DNA from: Adineta vaga
Taxonomy: Eukaryota > Animalia > Rotifera
Direction of reading: 5' to 3'
Length of the DNA stretch: 64,000 nucleotides
NCBI GenBank assembly: GCA_021613535.1
Contig: CP075493.1
Location: forward strand, 11,966,001-12,030,000
Made by a program: the position numbers and the translations under genes. The notes beneath the pieces were generated by a model. That model saw only the letters and a list, made by a program, of their open reading frames with translations, was not told the DNA's origin and ran no database searches. How positions within the stretch are numbered: the stretch's first letter is position 1; the number at the start of each line of letters is the position of its first letter. Of the stretch, positions 1 through 13,181 are shown piece by piece.

Positions 1-1143
1 TTATCGACTTGTTTACCAACGATAAAAGTCAACCTTTGTCAGGAAACGTTTATGAGAAGTAGTGAAGTAGAACTTTATGAGATTTCTCTCTAACTACCAC
101 TGGTTTGTTTATCTATGAAAAGAACATTCATTCCCTAAAGGAAACAGGTCTCGTTGTCAATACTCGTAAATCAATATTCTCTTTATTTTGTGCTGATTGT
201 TGCCTCTTATATTTCTTTGTTCAATTTCAAAATTTTTAAAGAAAAAAAACGGTAACAAGAAGAAAGTTATGTCAATTAAATATAATCAGTAAAATAAATA
301 TGAAATGTAATTTAGGACAAATACACTGAAAAATAGAGAATGAAAGTTTTTTAATAAAAGATTGACATATAGTATTTGATTGAAATTGCTAATAAATCGT
401 GCTGCGAATAGTTTATGTATTTCTTTTTCTTATTGTTCTTTAATAAAATACATCAAATAAATATCAATATATCTGTTTACTCTTCGTTGTGAGTATATCT
501 CCTGTATGATGCTCACTTACACACCCATATCTACTTTGACAAATCAAAGGTATTGAAACTCTGCTCAACTTCACTAAATATTCGATGGAAAACTTGTCTT
601 ATTAATATTGATGTTATTTTTAATAATCAAGTCATGAAAATGAACTCGATTCACAATATGGAAAGCAATTGTAATTCATCGTTACAATGATCAAATAAGT
701 CATATTAAAACATAAATGTATATCTAAATCAAGTTTTGCCACAAAATCTATAGAAATACTTTCTACTAAATTTATTCAGTTATTACCATTGATCAATCTC
801 AAAAAATATGACTAAAAAAAAAAGAATTCTAATTTGATTTAGACAACCACAGATATTAATTTTCGAATAGTTGAACTATTTTATTATTTAAATAAAATAA
901 AGAAACATCCCACACTTCACGATATTTTACTGTCTTGTATGATACTATCGATTGAATAAGATTGTAGTTTAAAACAAGCATATGATAGCCAATGACACAA
1001 AAGAAAAACAAGTAATAAATCAATTAAAATAATCTGAAGGAGAAAAATGTAAACTTATCCGAATTAGATAATGGCTTTGATCGAATGTCAATTATTGTTA
1101 CACGATGAAATATAGTCGTGAATATTTAAATAATAAAAATATC

Positions 1144-4100
1144 TTATGTCAATTGGTTGAATGAAAAATTTGCTAGAAAGATATCTTTTTGCACCATATA
1201 TTGAACTGCCAATTCCTCCAAACTATTTATGAAATCTATATTATGGCTTGAATTTATATTATGTACTAGTTCATGGCATATAACCATAAAATAGAAGTTG
1301 ACAATTGTATTGATAATACCGTTTGATCCTGTTCGTTTTTTCAGATATGCCTGAAGTTCATCGGCATAGATTTGCTCGAAGTATCGAAGATTAAAGAAAA
1401 GTGAACCTTTCGTATTGAACGCTATGCGAGCTAAGAGAAAAAGGAAGATATGAAATAATATAGATTAGATATATCTATTAACTTACATCCATTGATATCA
1501 CGATATAGATGTAATGCTTCAGTAGAAAGTTTAAAAACATGTTCAGCAAGATTGATCAATACATAAGCGAGTTGTTTTGCTTGATCGAGCATTTCATCTG
1601 TGACTTTAACATTTTCTTCAATGAAAAGTGGTATTGAAATACCAGAATTAGGATAAATTTTCATATTAGTATCGGGTACGAATTCACATGATTCATATTG
1701 TTCAATGTCAACATATCCTGAATGAGCAAAAAAAGAGTTTGAATAAGGTCGACTGTTTTGGACTATATGGCGTAATTTTCTGTTCATATGTATATTTCCA
1801 GATTTGAAATTTTCAGTCAGATGCATTGCTGGAGTAGGTTTACTTTTGTGTTGGTGACGTTCGACGTTAGTTGAAGCATTGATTTGTTCGCGTTCAGTAG
1901 TAGGATTCGGTATTTGAGAAATATCAGGTACAACTGTTTCGATATGATCTCGTGAATTAGATAGACTTGTATTCTGAGGAGAAATAGTGCGATTTACAAT
2001 ACCACTGGCAGGTTCATCAGACTGTCCAGGTAGAATGGAATGATCATCCAACTTTGCTTTCTTACCTGGTCGAGGTAAACGCCCAAATAGACTGAGAAAA
2101 CTAAAAGATATAACAGTTCACGACTCGATAATTTCAATCATTGTAACTTACCCTCCTAATAAAAGTGTAATTCCTTGCGATTTTGGTAGTGGTTGCTGGT
2201 CTGGCGGTGGTGGTTGAATAGGTACTGCTAAGTTAATGAAAATAGTCTTTATTTATTTATACTATACAATATATAAATAAACTTACGACTAATTTGCAAT
2301 AAATACCTCGCAGGAAAACCATGTCGTTCAAGTGAATCCACGGAAGATGTAAGTCTATCCTTTGTTAAAGAAATTAATAATTCTGATGATTTTTCGAAAA
2401 CAAAATCAGCAAGTTCTTTGGAAATATCAGCATAATCATAGCTGGAATTTGATGAATCTTCTCGAAGATACAATATCACTTCGCTGTTTTCATATTGAAG
2501 CGTACAAGAACTACTATCTTTTGACTAAAATTATTAAAAAGAAAAATAAGATCAGAATTATTGCTCAGAGATATATTGAGAATTTTCTACATCAACTAAT
2601 TTCGTTTTATTTTGAAATGTTAAACGACATTGGATGTTTTTCACTTCATAAACAGATAGATTGCTCTTGAGTGACTGAAAATGAGTTTCTTTCAAACTGG
2701 CTAATGGCTTGCCCTAGAAAAAACATCATCATACAAATATATATTTATTTCAATTCATAATAACGATTCTTACTTGGTTATCCACAAATAAAATATTCAA
2801 ACGATGTTGAATTTTCTCTTTCAATTCATTACTTTGATTTGTTGACTTTTTTCTACCTACGAAACATTTCATTCTAGTATGTTTATTATCATCCAAATAT
2901 TGAATAGTTGACTGTACCTTTAGGCGCTACATCTCGGGTAACACATTCTGATAACCATTTCGCTCCAAATTGTTCGTATAATGTATTTAAGCTCGGTTCA
3001 TTTGGACATATAGGTCGATGAGTACGTTCACATTGTAAATCATTATTAAGATAAATTTCAGTTGGTTTCACAATTTTAAAACAACGTGTTCGATTATCAC
3101 TTCTTTCAATTATTTGAAAGCCTAAACACCATGGTTCAGTTTTTAATCGTCTTTCCAATGATCCATCTTGAAATTCAGGTGTTTTACTTGCAACTAGAGC
3201 AATACGTTTCAAACAATCAGTATAAACAGAAATCTTCTGGTCTAAAATTATTTTATCATTTGTTAAATTTGCAAAATACGTTTCTTGTCGATCAAGAAGT
3301 AGTTCAGCGAGTATTGGAATAGGTGGGAAATGAAGAACACCTATCGTTAAAAGAAGTGAATTGCCTTCTGGTCCAAAGTCAACATAATCCAATAGGCCGC
3401 TAATATCCAAATCCATGGGATTTGAGTTTGTCACTTGTCGAATGAATACTTGGGATGGTTTTCTTAATGTTGATGAACCATTCGAAGGAATAAAAGTAGT
3501 GTTAGACAAACGTTTAATAAATGTCTGATTAAGTCCTTCAAGTCCATTCAAATAAGCAAATATTTGACCAGCTGAATTGTTTGTTAATAGTTCATTTTTT
3601 CTTTCCATTACAGTATCAAATGCTTGTACTAGCGTCGGTTGTTCTTTTATTCCAACTAAGGAAATAATATGATGCTTTTCAAATAATCTTTCTACTTCGA
3701 GAAGAAGAGTCGCGTATAAAGGATTGGATTTTCGAAATACTTTATCTAATTTTGATAAAATGATATTATTATTATTCGTTTGTGTTGATAAGTATGATGG
3801 AAGAAATGCTTGTTGAATATCATTTGGTTTCCAAATAGTTGAATAATGTTTTTGAAAACTTTTAGCAAAAAAACGAAGTGCGATGGGTAATTTATACTTT
3901 CGATTTGTTTCTCGAAATTGCCGTTGTTTATCATTGTGCTCCAGAATAATTCGATCGATCAAACTATATAGATCAGGTACTTCTTTAACACCTAATTCTT
4001 TTAAAAAAGCGAATTCTGCCGAGTTCGAATCGATATCATGCCAGTCAAGAATGAGTAATTCATCCCAACTGAGTTCTTTAGCAGCCGACGGAAAATGAAG

Positions 4101-6783
4101 TTCACGGGGAATATAGTTTTGCTGTTTGGTTCGATTGGTAGATTTTAGTGTTGTTCCTATGAAGAAAGAAGCATTTATTTATTTCTCTCTGATAAACAAT
4201 CTATACCTTGCAAAAATTGACTTTCTTTTAAAACTTTCCAATCTGCATCGGTTATATATTTTCGTTCTTTCATTAAATTTTCAATTAATGTTTGCATATT
4301 TTCTTGATTTAGTTGTGATAGATTACCAGAATGTTGATGCCATTGTTTGATAATCGATTGAATATTTAACATTCGACATCCAATTTGTTTAAGAAAATAG
4401 GTAGAGACAAGATTTTCATCAGAATTTTTCACATTGATTTGGTTTGCTAGTGCATCATCGGATACAACATTAAGTTTAATAATAGCTGAATCAGGTGTGG
4501 ACATTTTAGATGGAATATATGATTCATTGGGCAACATCATACCTTGTGTTGTTGGAATACATTTAAGATTAGCAAGAATATTTTTAATTTCTGACCATTT
4601 TGATAATGAAAAAAGATGTGAATGTTTTGATAGATTACTAAGAAGACATTCTGCTGTTTTAGCATTACAAAACAAATGATATTGACTCTCTTTTAAATAA
4701 GAATCCAAAAGATCTTTGAATGTACAGGGTATCAGAAATAAATTATGTTGAAGTTGTTCTTGAGAGAAATATCCAGCTATATTACTGGGTAAAACATTTT
4801 CTGGCACAGGAAGAACTGATGAAAGATTCGTTGCGTCATAATATTTCAACTTTTGAAATGAAGTGCTTGATGAATTAGTAGTTTCACGAAAGCGAATAAT
4901 TGGTAGAATACGTTTTACATAGGAACGATCAGTCATGCTACATGTACAAAGCCAATGAAGTAATTCGATTAATTCATTGAATAAAAGAATCGATGACATC
5001 AATTGTTTTTCTACGAATGGTTTATCAACGAGATTTATGAGTTGATAATCTTGCAAAGCTGTAAAGAAATGATGTTTTCCTATTTCGAATGGAACAAGTG
5101 AAAGAGAAAGAAATTCATGAATATGTTTAGAATCAGCAAGATATGCTTGTGTGGATGGTACTAATGATAATTGTTTAGTTGATGGTGATTGTTTTATTGG
5201 AACGAGAAGTTTATTTCCAACAGCAAAGAAACCAATACGAACAATGTCACCTAGCAGGACAACATAGTATATTTATTTTAATTCATAGAAATTCGACAAT
5301 AACTTACCAACTTTTTCATTTGGTGTTGTTGATTGAAAGCAATAAGGTCTTATCACTGCATTGTAATGAATATGCGATCTATTATGTGAACTTTGAGAGA
5401 TTGTTTGATCGTACAGACATCGCGCAATTTGTCCAACAGATGCAAGAAGTTCTCGATTCCATCGAGCAATATATGGATCTTGTAGATTCAGTTCTTCACG
5501 TTCAACAGTTGGAATGAAATGACTATAAACATGCATTCCTATACCAGTCGATTGATGTGTACCAAGTCCAATAAATATAAATCCTGATGGAATGATTTCA
5601 TCACCATTCAGAAACTTCAATGGTAATATCGATTTAAGAATCTCACTATTCAGACTTTCTCTTGCTAGAGATGTCTGCAACTGTTGTTGATTAATAATAG
5701 TCTAGTAAAAGAAAACAACAATATAGCAAGAGAAAATCAAAGATAAAATAAGTTGATATTTACATGAATGGGAACGAATAAGAGTTGAATTTGAATGGTT
5801 GATGGTAAACCTTTGAGAGTTCGTTCAATATAATCATAAAATTGTTGATCGACATTGACATCTGCTTCGACCGTTACGTGTCCAAGAGTAATGGACGAAG
5901 TATTGTCGATAGTATATATTTGTTCCGTAACATCAAATGAATTCAAATATAAAATTTGATTCATTGACGACTGTGGTTTGAATGTAAATGTATTTGAAAT
6001 TGATGAATTAGCCGATTTCTTTTTAGATATTTGAAAAACATTTAATGAATTGATTTTGACGGTAAGAGTTTCGATATGGCGTGTAAATAAAAGTACTAAA
6101 TATATTAAGTAGAAATATTAAAAGCAGCGAATGTGTAAATATTTACCTTTAGCAAAATAAGCTTTTAATTCAGTTAAATTGATTGTTGGTATAACTGTTT
6201 TCGTCTCTTGACTACTGTTTAAATGTGATCCTGTTTGTAGAATATATTTATCTCGCATGGAAAGAATAATTGCAGTTTTATCAGATTGTTGTTGAACTGG
6301 TAATATATCCTGTTCATATAACAAACTATCGCCATTCCAAATAAATTTGATGTATTCTTCTCCAGATGTAATTATCGGTTCTTCGGCATAAGCAAAAACG
6401 GAGAAAAAGCCAACACCAAACTGACCCACTGATTGAGGATCTGTATTACCTTCAGCAATGGTGGCCACACGTTTCCAGTCGGTTTTCGAAAAGATTTTCC
6501 CATTGTTTTTCATGCGAAGTTCGGTGATTGTTCGATTATGAAAATCTTTCTCTTCCAATAATGACGATGAGTTGGATGTATCACATATAATTTGAAATTG
6601 AAAAGTTGTCGCTTGAGCATCGTCTGCATTTTGAATCAATTCTCGACAAACAACGAAATCAGATGAATATTGAGTAAGAATTTTTACAACCATCCTTCGT
6701 ACATTAACACCAACTTGCTGGAATTGTCTATTTCGTGAATAAACATTCGATTCATGATTGCTATGATTTGAAGTATGTGCCAT
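1144..6783 (-). CDS. Large multi-exon GHKL (sacsin/HSP90-like) ATPase protein, DUF3684-like, with C-terminal HExxH zincin-like domain
   Basis: N-terminal exon has GHKL motifs RELIQNADDA, NNG, GQFGVGFFS. ORF-track pieces join through short GT-AG introns (e.g. 1431-1486). The last exon, 1430-1144 (not in the ORF track), reads RIAFNTKGSLFFNLRYFEQ...FYFMVICHELVHNINSSHN...NQLT*. The architecture resembles fungal DUF3684 proteins (from memory). Confidence 0.85.
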
Positions 6784-7295
6784 GTCTAAAAGAGATAGAA
6801 ATGTGAATTTTTATCGAAATAGGCATATAAAACTCATCTTTTTTTTATTAATTCTTATCATTACTCAGTTTCTGACGACATACATTTTATATTATAAAAG
6901 CAAATAACGAATTTTCAAACTTTCACAGGTATATAAATGCATCGTATTGAGACTGTAAGTTTAGTTGATAATGTAGGCGGTTCGAATATAATATTCCAAC
7001 TTACGATAAGATTAGTAAACTTTATGGATACTATCCTCATACATTTTTTTGAATTCTTTAGAATTGCGTTGAAACAAATATTTCAAATAACTCAATGATA
7101 AGAACAAGAATGATATTGTGAAAGATATTGCAATATTACACTTGAAAATGAATCATAGAAATACATGACATACACAAAAAACGATTGACAATATTAAAAG
7201 TCTTTTAATTTAAGAGTGTCAATATCATAATTTTAAATACAATATAGATTTTTCGTTTATTTGATAACAAGCATCCTTCTACAAACTTCTATTTC

Positions 7296-7516
7296 TCAGA
7301 TTTTTTGAGTAGGTAGTTGTGAGTGGCAGCGGCATTTAGTCTTGCATCTGTTGCATACTGTATTTATGATGCTGATTTTCGTAGCTTTGAAGCAGTTGTC
7401 GCAGCAGGTAGCACGTTTATCAAATTGACTATGAACTGAATTGAATCGACAGTCGATAATACTTTTTGGTTCTTGAGAACTATCATGGACGAAACAAAAA
7501 TAATTTTGTTGTGCAT
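7296..7516 (-). other. Possible small cysteine-rich peptide gene or relic (ATG and Cys-rich frame out of phase)
   Basis: A minus frame reads ...FDKRATCCDNCFKATKISIINTVCNRCKTKCRCHSQLPTQKI* (stop 7296-7298). The ATG at 7516 (MHNKIIFVSSMIVL) is in another frame. TATATAA lies ~60 nt upstream of the ATG. Confidence 0.3.
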
Positions 7517-7927
7517 TATCGTTGAGACGTTTGTTTCAGTAAAATAACGTTATTGAAAACTGTTTTTTACTAGTTATATATCTTGATGGAAGTTGGCAAA
7601 CAGAGAAAGAGAGAATTCAAAACGAAATAAATTGTGTTTTTTTTCTTTACGTGGGTCAACGAATTGAATAGTTAATATGTAATATGTAATATGTTACAAG
7701 AAAAAATAGTTTTTGTTTGTTATAGGACGAGTACACAACAATATTCTTAGTCATCATTCTTTCATCAAACTATAATGAAAAGCACGCAAATTGAAATCGA
7801 ATTTACCTACAGAAATAATTGAAAGCAAGGTTTTTCTATTTGCATGTAATATTTCATAGAAAACTAAACTTTTACAATGTAACGTTTATTCACCATGATA
7901 CTTCACTTATGTGACTTCTTTAGCCTT

Positions 7928-7946
7928 TCTCTCTCTCTCTCTCTCT
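7928..7946. repeat. (TC)n microsatellite
   Basis: tctctctctctctctctct seen directly. Confidence 0.9.
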
Positions 7947-8236
7947 GTTTGTTCTACTATGTGAGACTGCTTCTACATAAGTTCTCCAATAACGAACGAA
8001 ATGTTATTGTCAAAGATTTGTTCATAAAAAACAGAATGATCATTCAATTTGGAATATGATAATGTTGCCATGGCTTCTTCGAGATATCTTCCTGAATAGT
8101 AATTCTTAGAATATATGACTCGTCAAAAAAGTTTGAAAGAATATTGATTAAACATATAATCTTGTTTGAATTTCTTTTATTTCTACTAACTACAAAGAAT
8201 CCTAGGTTATGCATGCGTAACAAAAACAAACTATTC

Positions 8237-10314
8237 TTATAACCAAATATCAATAGAATTTGCTTTATGTCTATATTGAATTTGACCTGTTCGTAATCGT
8301 TGATTGATTAATGATGAAAAATACCATTTAGAAGCAAAATTTGATAGATCATAATCAGGATCGTCATATTCTATAGCAGATCGACAATATAAAGTAAAAT
8401 GAATTAAAAAAGGAAAACGTTTAAAAAGTTTATTAATCCATCGAATTAAATGTTCTATTGAAAGCCAACTACTTGGATGTCCATCGATATTTAATGTTAA
8501 TTCTTTTAAACATGGCGGTGATGTTGAATGACTGAAAAGTGTATCGATAATTTGAGCAAGATTACCAAGTGAACTATTGCTGTCTGTCTTCGTCGTATAA
8601 TATAAAACTTGTAATTTAGAAGCAAGTAAAACACCGAGTTGTTCATTTAATGAAAGAGCACGAGCATAATCAAGATTATGACTGATAAATAGTTCTCGAA
8701 AGTGTGGTGAACATTGAATAACATGAGCTAAACGTGTAAGTCTTCTACCAACAACATCACTAGAATTAACTGAAATGAAAAAAAAGTCTAGATGATAAGT
8801 ATAGTTTACTCTTCATCGGCAAAAGGATCATATTCGATAGTAAGTTTTTTTAATCGATGCCAACAAGAGACTTCTTCAAGTTCTTGAAATAATGAAGTTT
8901 TAACATAATCTTGTTCCGTTAATTCCAACTAAAAAGTAGAAATATTCTCTTTTCTGAAGTTCAATGTAATCTTTCAACTCACTTCTTTTACATTTCTATC
9001 CAATGATTCACCTCGACACCATTCACTACTCGCCGATGACGACGATGAAGTACTAGCATTTTCATCGATTTCCATTGATTCTTCCGAAATACTACCGTCA
9101 CTACTGCTGCTCTTGATTAACTGATTTTCATTTGCTATTGTTGGATATAAAAATGACATTTCAGGATAACGAATATCCATGTCGAAATAACGTATTGATT
9201 GTTTATCGCCAGTTGCTCGTTGATATTCATTAAAGATTTCTTCCTGAACTGAACGAGCACCACTTGCATAATCAGCATGTAATTTCATTCGAAATTGAAA
9301 TAGATTTGATTTTGATAATGTCAACCATTGATGAAGTTCTGCAACTCGAGGAAAATTACTAAATTTTGTGAATCGTACATGTCCTGTTATACTGAAAAAA
9401 TCCAGTTGACTATGTCGTTGAAGATCTTCAAAAAATGTTAAAATCCAAGTGACACAAACGGACAGATGAATTTTAACATGATGTAATTTAGGCACAAAAT
9501 CTTGTTGTAATGGAATTGGATTTGGTGGATCGACTGGCATAGGATCATGATCAGCACTGAAAAAGAGAAAAACATATTATCAATCGTGCAATAAAACTTT
9601 AAATGCTCACTATGAAAGTGAAATATCTAATCGACGAAGATGTGGTAAATAACCATGATTCAAGAGTTGAACTAATAATTCGTTTGAACATCTTTTAATC
9701 GAAAGTATTTGTAAATGTTGATGAATATTCATTTGAGGAAAACGTTCCTTAAGTATTGGAATATCATCAATTAATGTTCGACAAGAAATTCGTAAACAAA
9801 GTGATTGTAATTTCGAGAATGAACGAAGAATTGGAATAACAATATCATACTCATCACAGTCATCGTATTCATTCAAATGATATCGATTAAAATCTAGATC
9901 GAATGTTAATGATTGAATTTTCGATAAGAATGAAGATTCAGAAAGAAAAGCATTGAAAACACAGCTTGGAACATCTTCAATCGTTACTGCTTTTAATGCA
10001 GACCATAAACGACTTTTTAATGATACTTGTGAAAGAAACAGTTTAACTGCATGTGGAGCACGTCGTTCCGAAAGATGAAGATAAACAATTTGTGAAACAT
10101 GGTGTGGAATAATTCGAGTTAAGTAATCATAATAGACTTTGTAATTCATCGATCGATTGTTTGGTAAACTTAATGGTTGATGTAGAACGATGGATTGAAA
10201 TCGATGATTAAGCTTTTTAAATGCCTGAAGTAAATCATGTGGTGCAAGATATGCAAAAATTACATGAAAAACATCATCAGGTAAATCTACAAAACAAGTT
10301 CGATACGTATTCAT
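8237..10314 (-). CDS. F-box protein with LRR-like C-terminal region (4 exons)
   Basis: N-terminus FVDLPDDVFHVIFAYLAPHDLLQAFKKLNHRF is F-box-like, followed by LxxLxL repeats. The last exon, translated by hand, ends ...RHKANSIDIWL* at 8237. Confidence 0.8.
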
Positions 10315-10524
10315 CTTGTCCCTTATTCAAAAACTGATATAACGGACGAAGAATAAATACAGACTGAACGAAAGAAAAAGGATTTCTATATATGTGCCAA
10401 TATAAGTCTATATAGTTAGATGTCGCTAAGAATTTACATTCTTAAATTTTATTACGATAGTTCAAAGAAAAGTATTACAGAAAAAAATGATAAACTCTTT
10501 TAAAAACTATAGATGATTCAATAA

Positions 10525-12217
10525 TTAACGATTTTCGGCTAGAACAGAAAAGAAGAGAAAGAACATCATTTGAAAGTGATAACAATCATTCTTACTATAG
10601 CTTGAAGAATCAATGTTGTTTGGCATTTTCGTAATGTGTACATTGAAACGATCTTGAACATCATTGAGAATGTCTGCATTATCTTGACTTGAAATCAATG
10701 TTATTACTAAACCTTTCGTACCAAAACGACCCGTACGTGCAGCCTATAACAAAATATTTTCATCAAATGAAGGTATATACTTCGCTCATTATACATACTC
10801 GGTGAAGATAAACATCGCTATTTTCTGGTACATCATAATTAAATATAATTCCCACACGTTCACAATCTATACCACGTTCGAATAGATCTGTTGTAACTAG
10901 AATACGTGTTTTAAATTCTTTAAAATCTGTATACACTCGTAAACTATAAACAAATCAATCAATAGTATTTTATATGGCCAACGCCGAATAAAGAAACAAA
11001 CCGTTCGTGCGTGGGCATATCACGATGACTTGCAAATGCAGGAAAATTTTGTGAGGATAAAAATTCAGATAATGCTGCACAACGTTGTACTGATGCGACA
11101 AAGATAATGACTTGCAAAAATTCTAATTTATCAAGTAAATCAACTAAGTTTTTATGTTTCTTATTTTCCTTTGATTTGACATAATGATGACGAACATTCT
11201 AAATATAAAAAAGTATTCGTATTTATATTATCAAATGAAAAACAAAACTTACATGATTTATTAATGTCGTTTCATCATCAATATAAATTTCTATTGGCTA
11301 TAGAAAAACTATATAATCTTTATTGAGTACAAAATGAAATTAACTTACGTTTCTCATAAAATTTTTACATATTGGTCGCATTTGTTCATTTAATGTTGTA
11401 CTAAACATCAATACTTGTTTATCATGTGGTGTCATTTGAAATATTGCATTTATATCTTGACAGATATCTATAATTATAAATCGGAAGGAATTCAAAGGAT
11501 TGGAAAACATTTTATCTTCTTACTCGATAGTTCGAGTGTGTGATCACATTCATCAATGATAAAATGTTTGATATAATTTAAATCGAGTACTTTATTTTTT
11601 GCTAGAGCTAAAATTCGACCAGGTGTTCCAATGACAATATGTGGACAATTCTTTTTTAGAATATCCTCATCATTTCTTATCGGACAACCACCCAAAAATA
11701 ATGAGACTTTGATACTGGACATATATTTACAAAATCGTTCATATTCACGACTTATTTGAAACGCTAATTCACGCATATGGCAAAGGACAAGGACTGATAC
11801 CTGAAATAGAATGTAGCTCTTAAGAAAATTTCCTATATGAAACTCTTGATGGTTTTTACTTGTCCATCAATAGGCTGAAGTTGTTGAATAGTTGCAAGTA
11901 TAAAAACAGTTGTTTTACCCATTCCGGATTTACCTTGACATAGAATATCTTTACCAAGAATTGCCTGTGGAATTGCTTGATTTTGAACTACAACATAAAT
12001 CAAGATGATCTTGAATTAAAAAACAACCTTCTTGTGGCAAACCTTTAGATGGTTTTTCATAACCAGCATCGACAATAGCACGCAGTAATTCAGATTTAAG
12101 ATGAAAAAATTCAAAATTACTTGACTTAGGTGAAATCTCTACTCCTTTGTTTGCAAATTCCGTTTTTGGTGTGTCATCGTCTTCATCATAATCGAGAAGT
12201 TCGTCTTCATCAAGCAT
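10525..12217 (-). CDS. DDX39B: UAP56/DDX39-family DECD-box RNA helicase, divergent
   Basis: ELLDYDED N-terminus, [34 protein letters not shown]. The final micro-exon gives ...SSYTENR* (stop 10525-10527). Confidence 0.9.
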
Positions 12218-12407
12218 TCTTTTTTTTGTTTATTTTATGTGAAATATTACCAAAAGTAACTACGTTGAAAGCAATGAGAGAATATTATATACTCGTTATT
12301 ACATCGAACTATGAAAATACGACATGAGTCATTTATTCGAACAGAACGATACATTACATCGGTGTAAAGTAAGTGTTTATTTATTATTGCATATAAATTA
12401 TGTCATG

Positions 12408-12856
12408 TTACAAGAAAATCCAAATTTCAAATAGTGTTTCTTTTGTTGCTTCAATTTAAGAACGAGCATCTTGAATTTTATCGTTGAATACATTTAAACC
12501 ATCATCAAAATTATAGAATTCTGTTGGTTTTATATTACAAAACTTTCCATACTTTCTATCGAATCATATCCATTCATTCCACCAAGTAAATGAATACAGA
12601 ATCGTTCGGCTACATCACGTCGAGATGTATCCATACCGAAACTATAAACAAATCCACAGCCAACAGCAACATCAGCAATTTGTATCAACTGCGATGGTCA
12701 CTCTTCAACAACATCTAATTCAGTCAGAAGCGATTGTAATGATTTAACACGTCCTTCTTTATTCAACAGTTCTAATTGATCAAGAGTAAATCCCAATTTT
12801 TGTTCAGCAACTTCATTTCGGTGACGGTTCACTTTCTTGCCATTCCTCGAATCCAT
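12408..12856 (-). pseudogene. Degraded ORF of unknown family
   Basis: From ATG 12856 the frame reads MDSRNGKKV...LDVVEE*PSQLIQIADVAVGCGFVYSFGMDTSRRDVAERFCIHLLGG..., with an in-frame TGA at 12698-12700, then a frameshift and a further stop. Composition is protein-like throughout. Confidence 0.35.
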
Positions 12857-13181
12857 CTTCGTTTTTCAGTTTTATATTTGTCTAAATTTATATACCTGTA
12901 TGCTTGTTTTCTCGAGTATATGAGAAAATATCGACGAAAACATATTCCTCGATAAAAAAATTACCATTGCGACTCGTGTTCTTCAACTACTTGAAGGTCA
13001 TGTTGAAAATTCATGCAGAATCAACTACACATTGTTTCTTCAGTAAGACTTTTTTTTCTTTTTCCTTCTATATCTTGCATGAAAGAATAAATAAATTCTA
13101 TAACACGTGCTTTGAATTAGTTTTTTTTCCTTTTCTTTTACTCTTCATTTTCATCGTTATTCTTTTTTGTATAGATCATAC

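Noticed and set aside
1-800. Short coding-like stretches on the + strand
   Set aside because: All frames are interrupted and no motif was recognised; a gene cannot be supported.
2362-5517. Several plus-strand ORFs of 70-110 aa (likewise 27074-, 59080+, 63452-)
   Set aside because: Antisense shadows of real exons with no protein-like features.
8044-8253. ORF-track 69-aa ORF as the end of the F-box gene
   Set aside because: The real frame stops at 8237 (IDIWL*); this ORF is off-frame 3'UTR.
12698-12700. In-frame TGA as possible selenocysteine
   Set aside because: No redox motif context, no SECIS recognised, and further stops and frameshifts follow; a CGA>TGA mutation is simpler.
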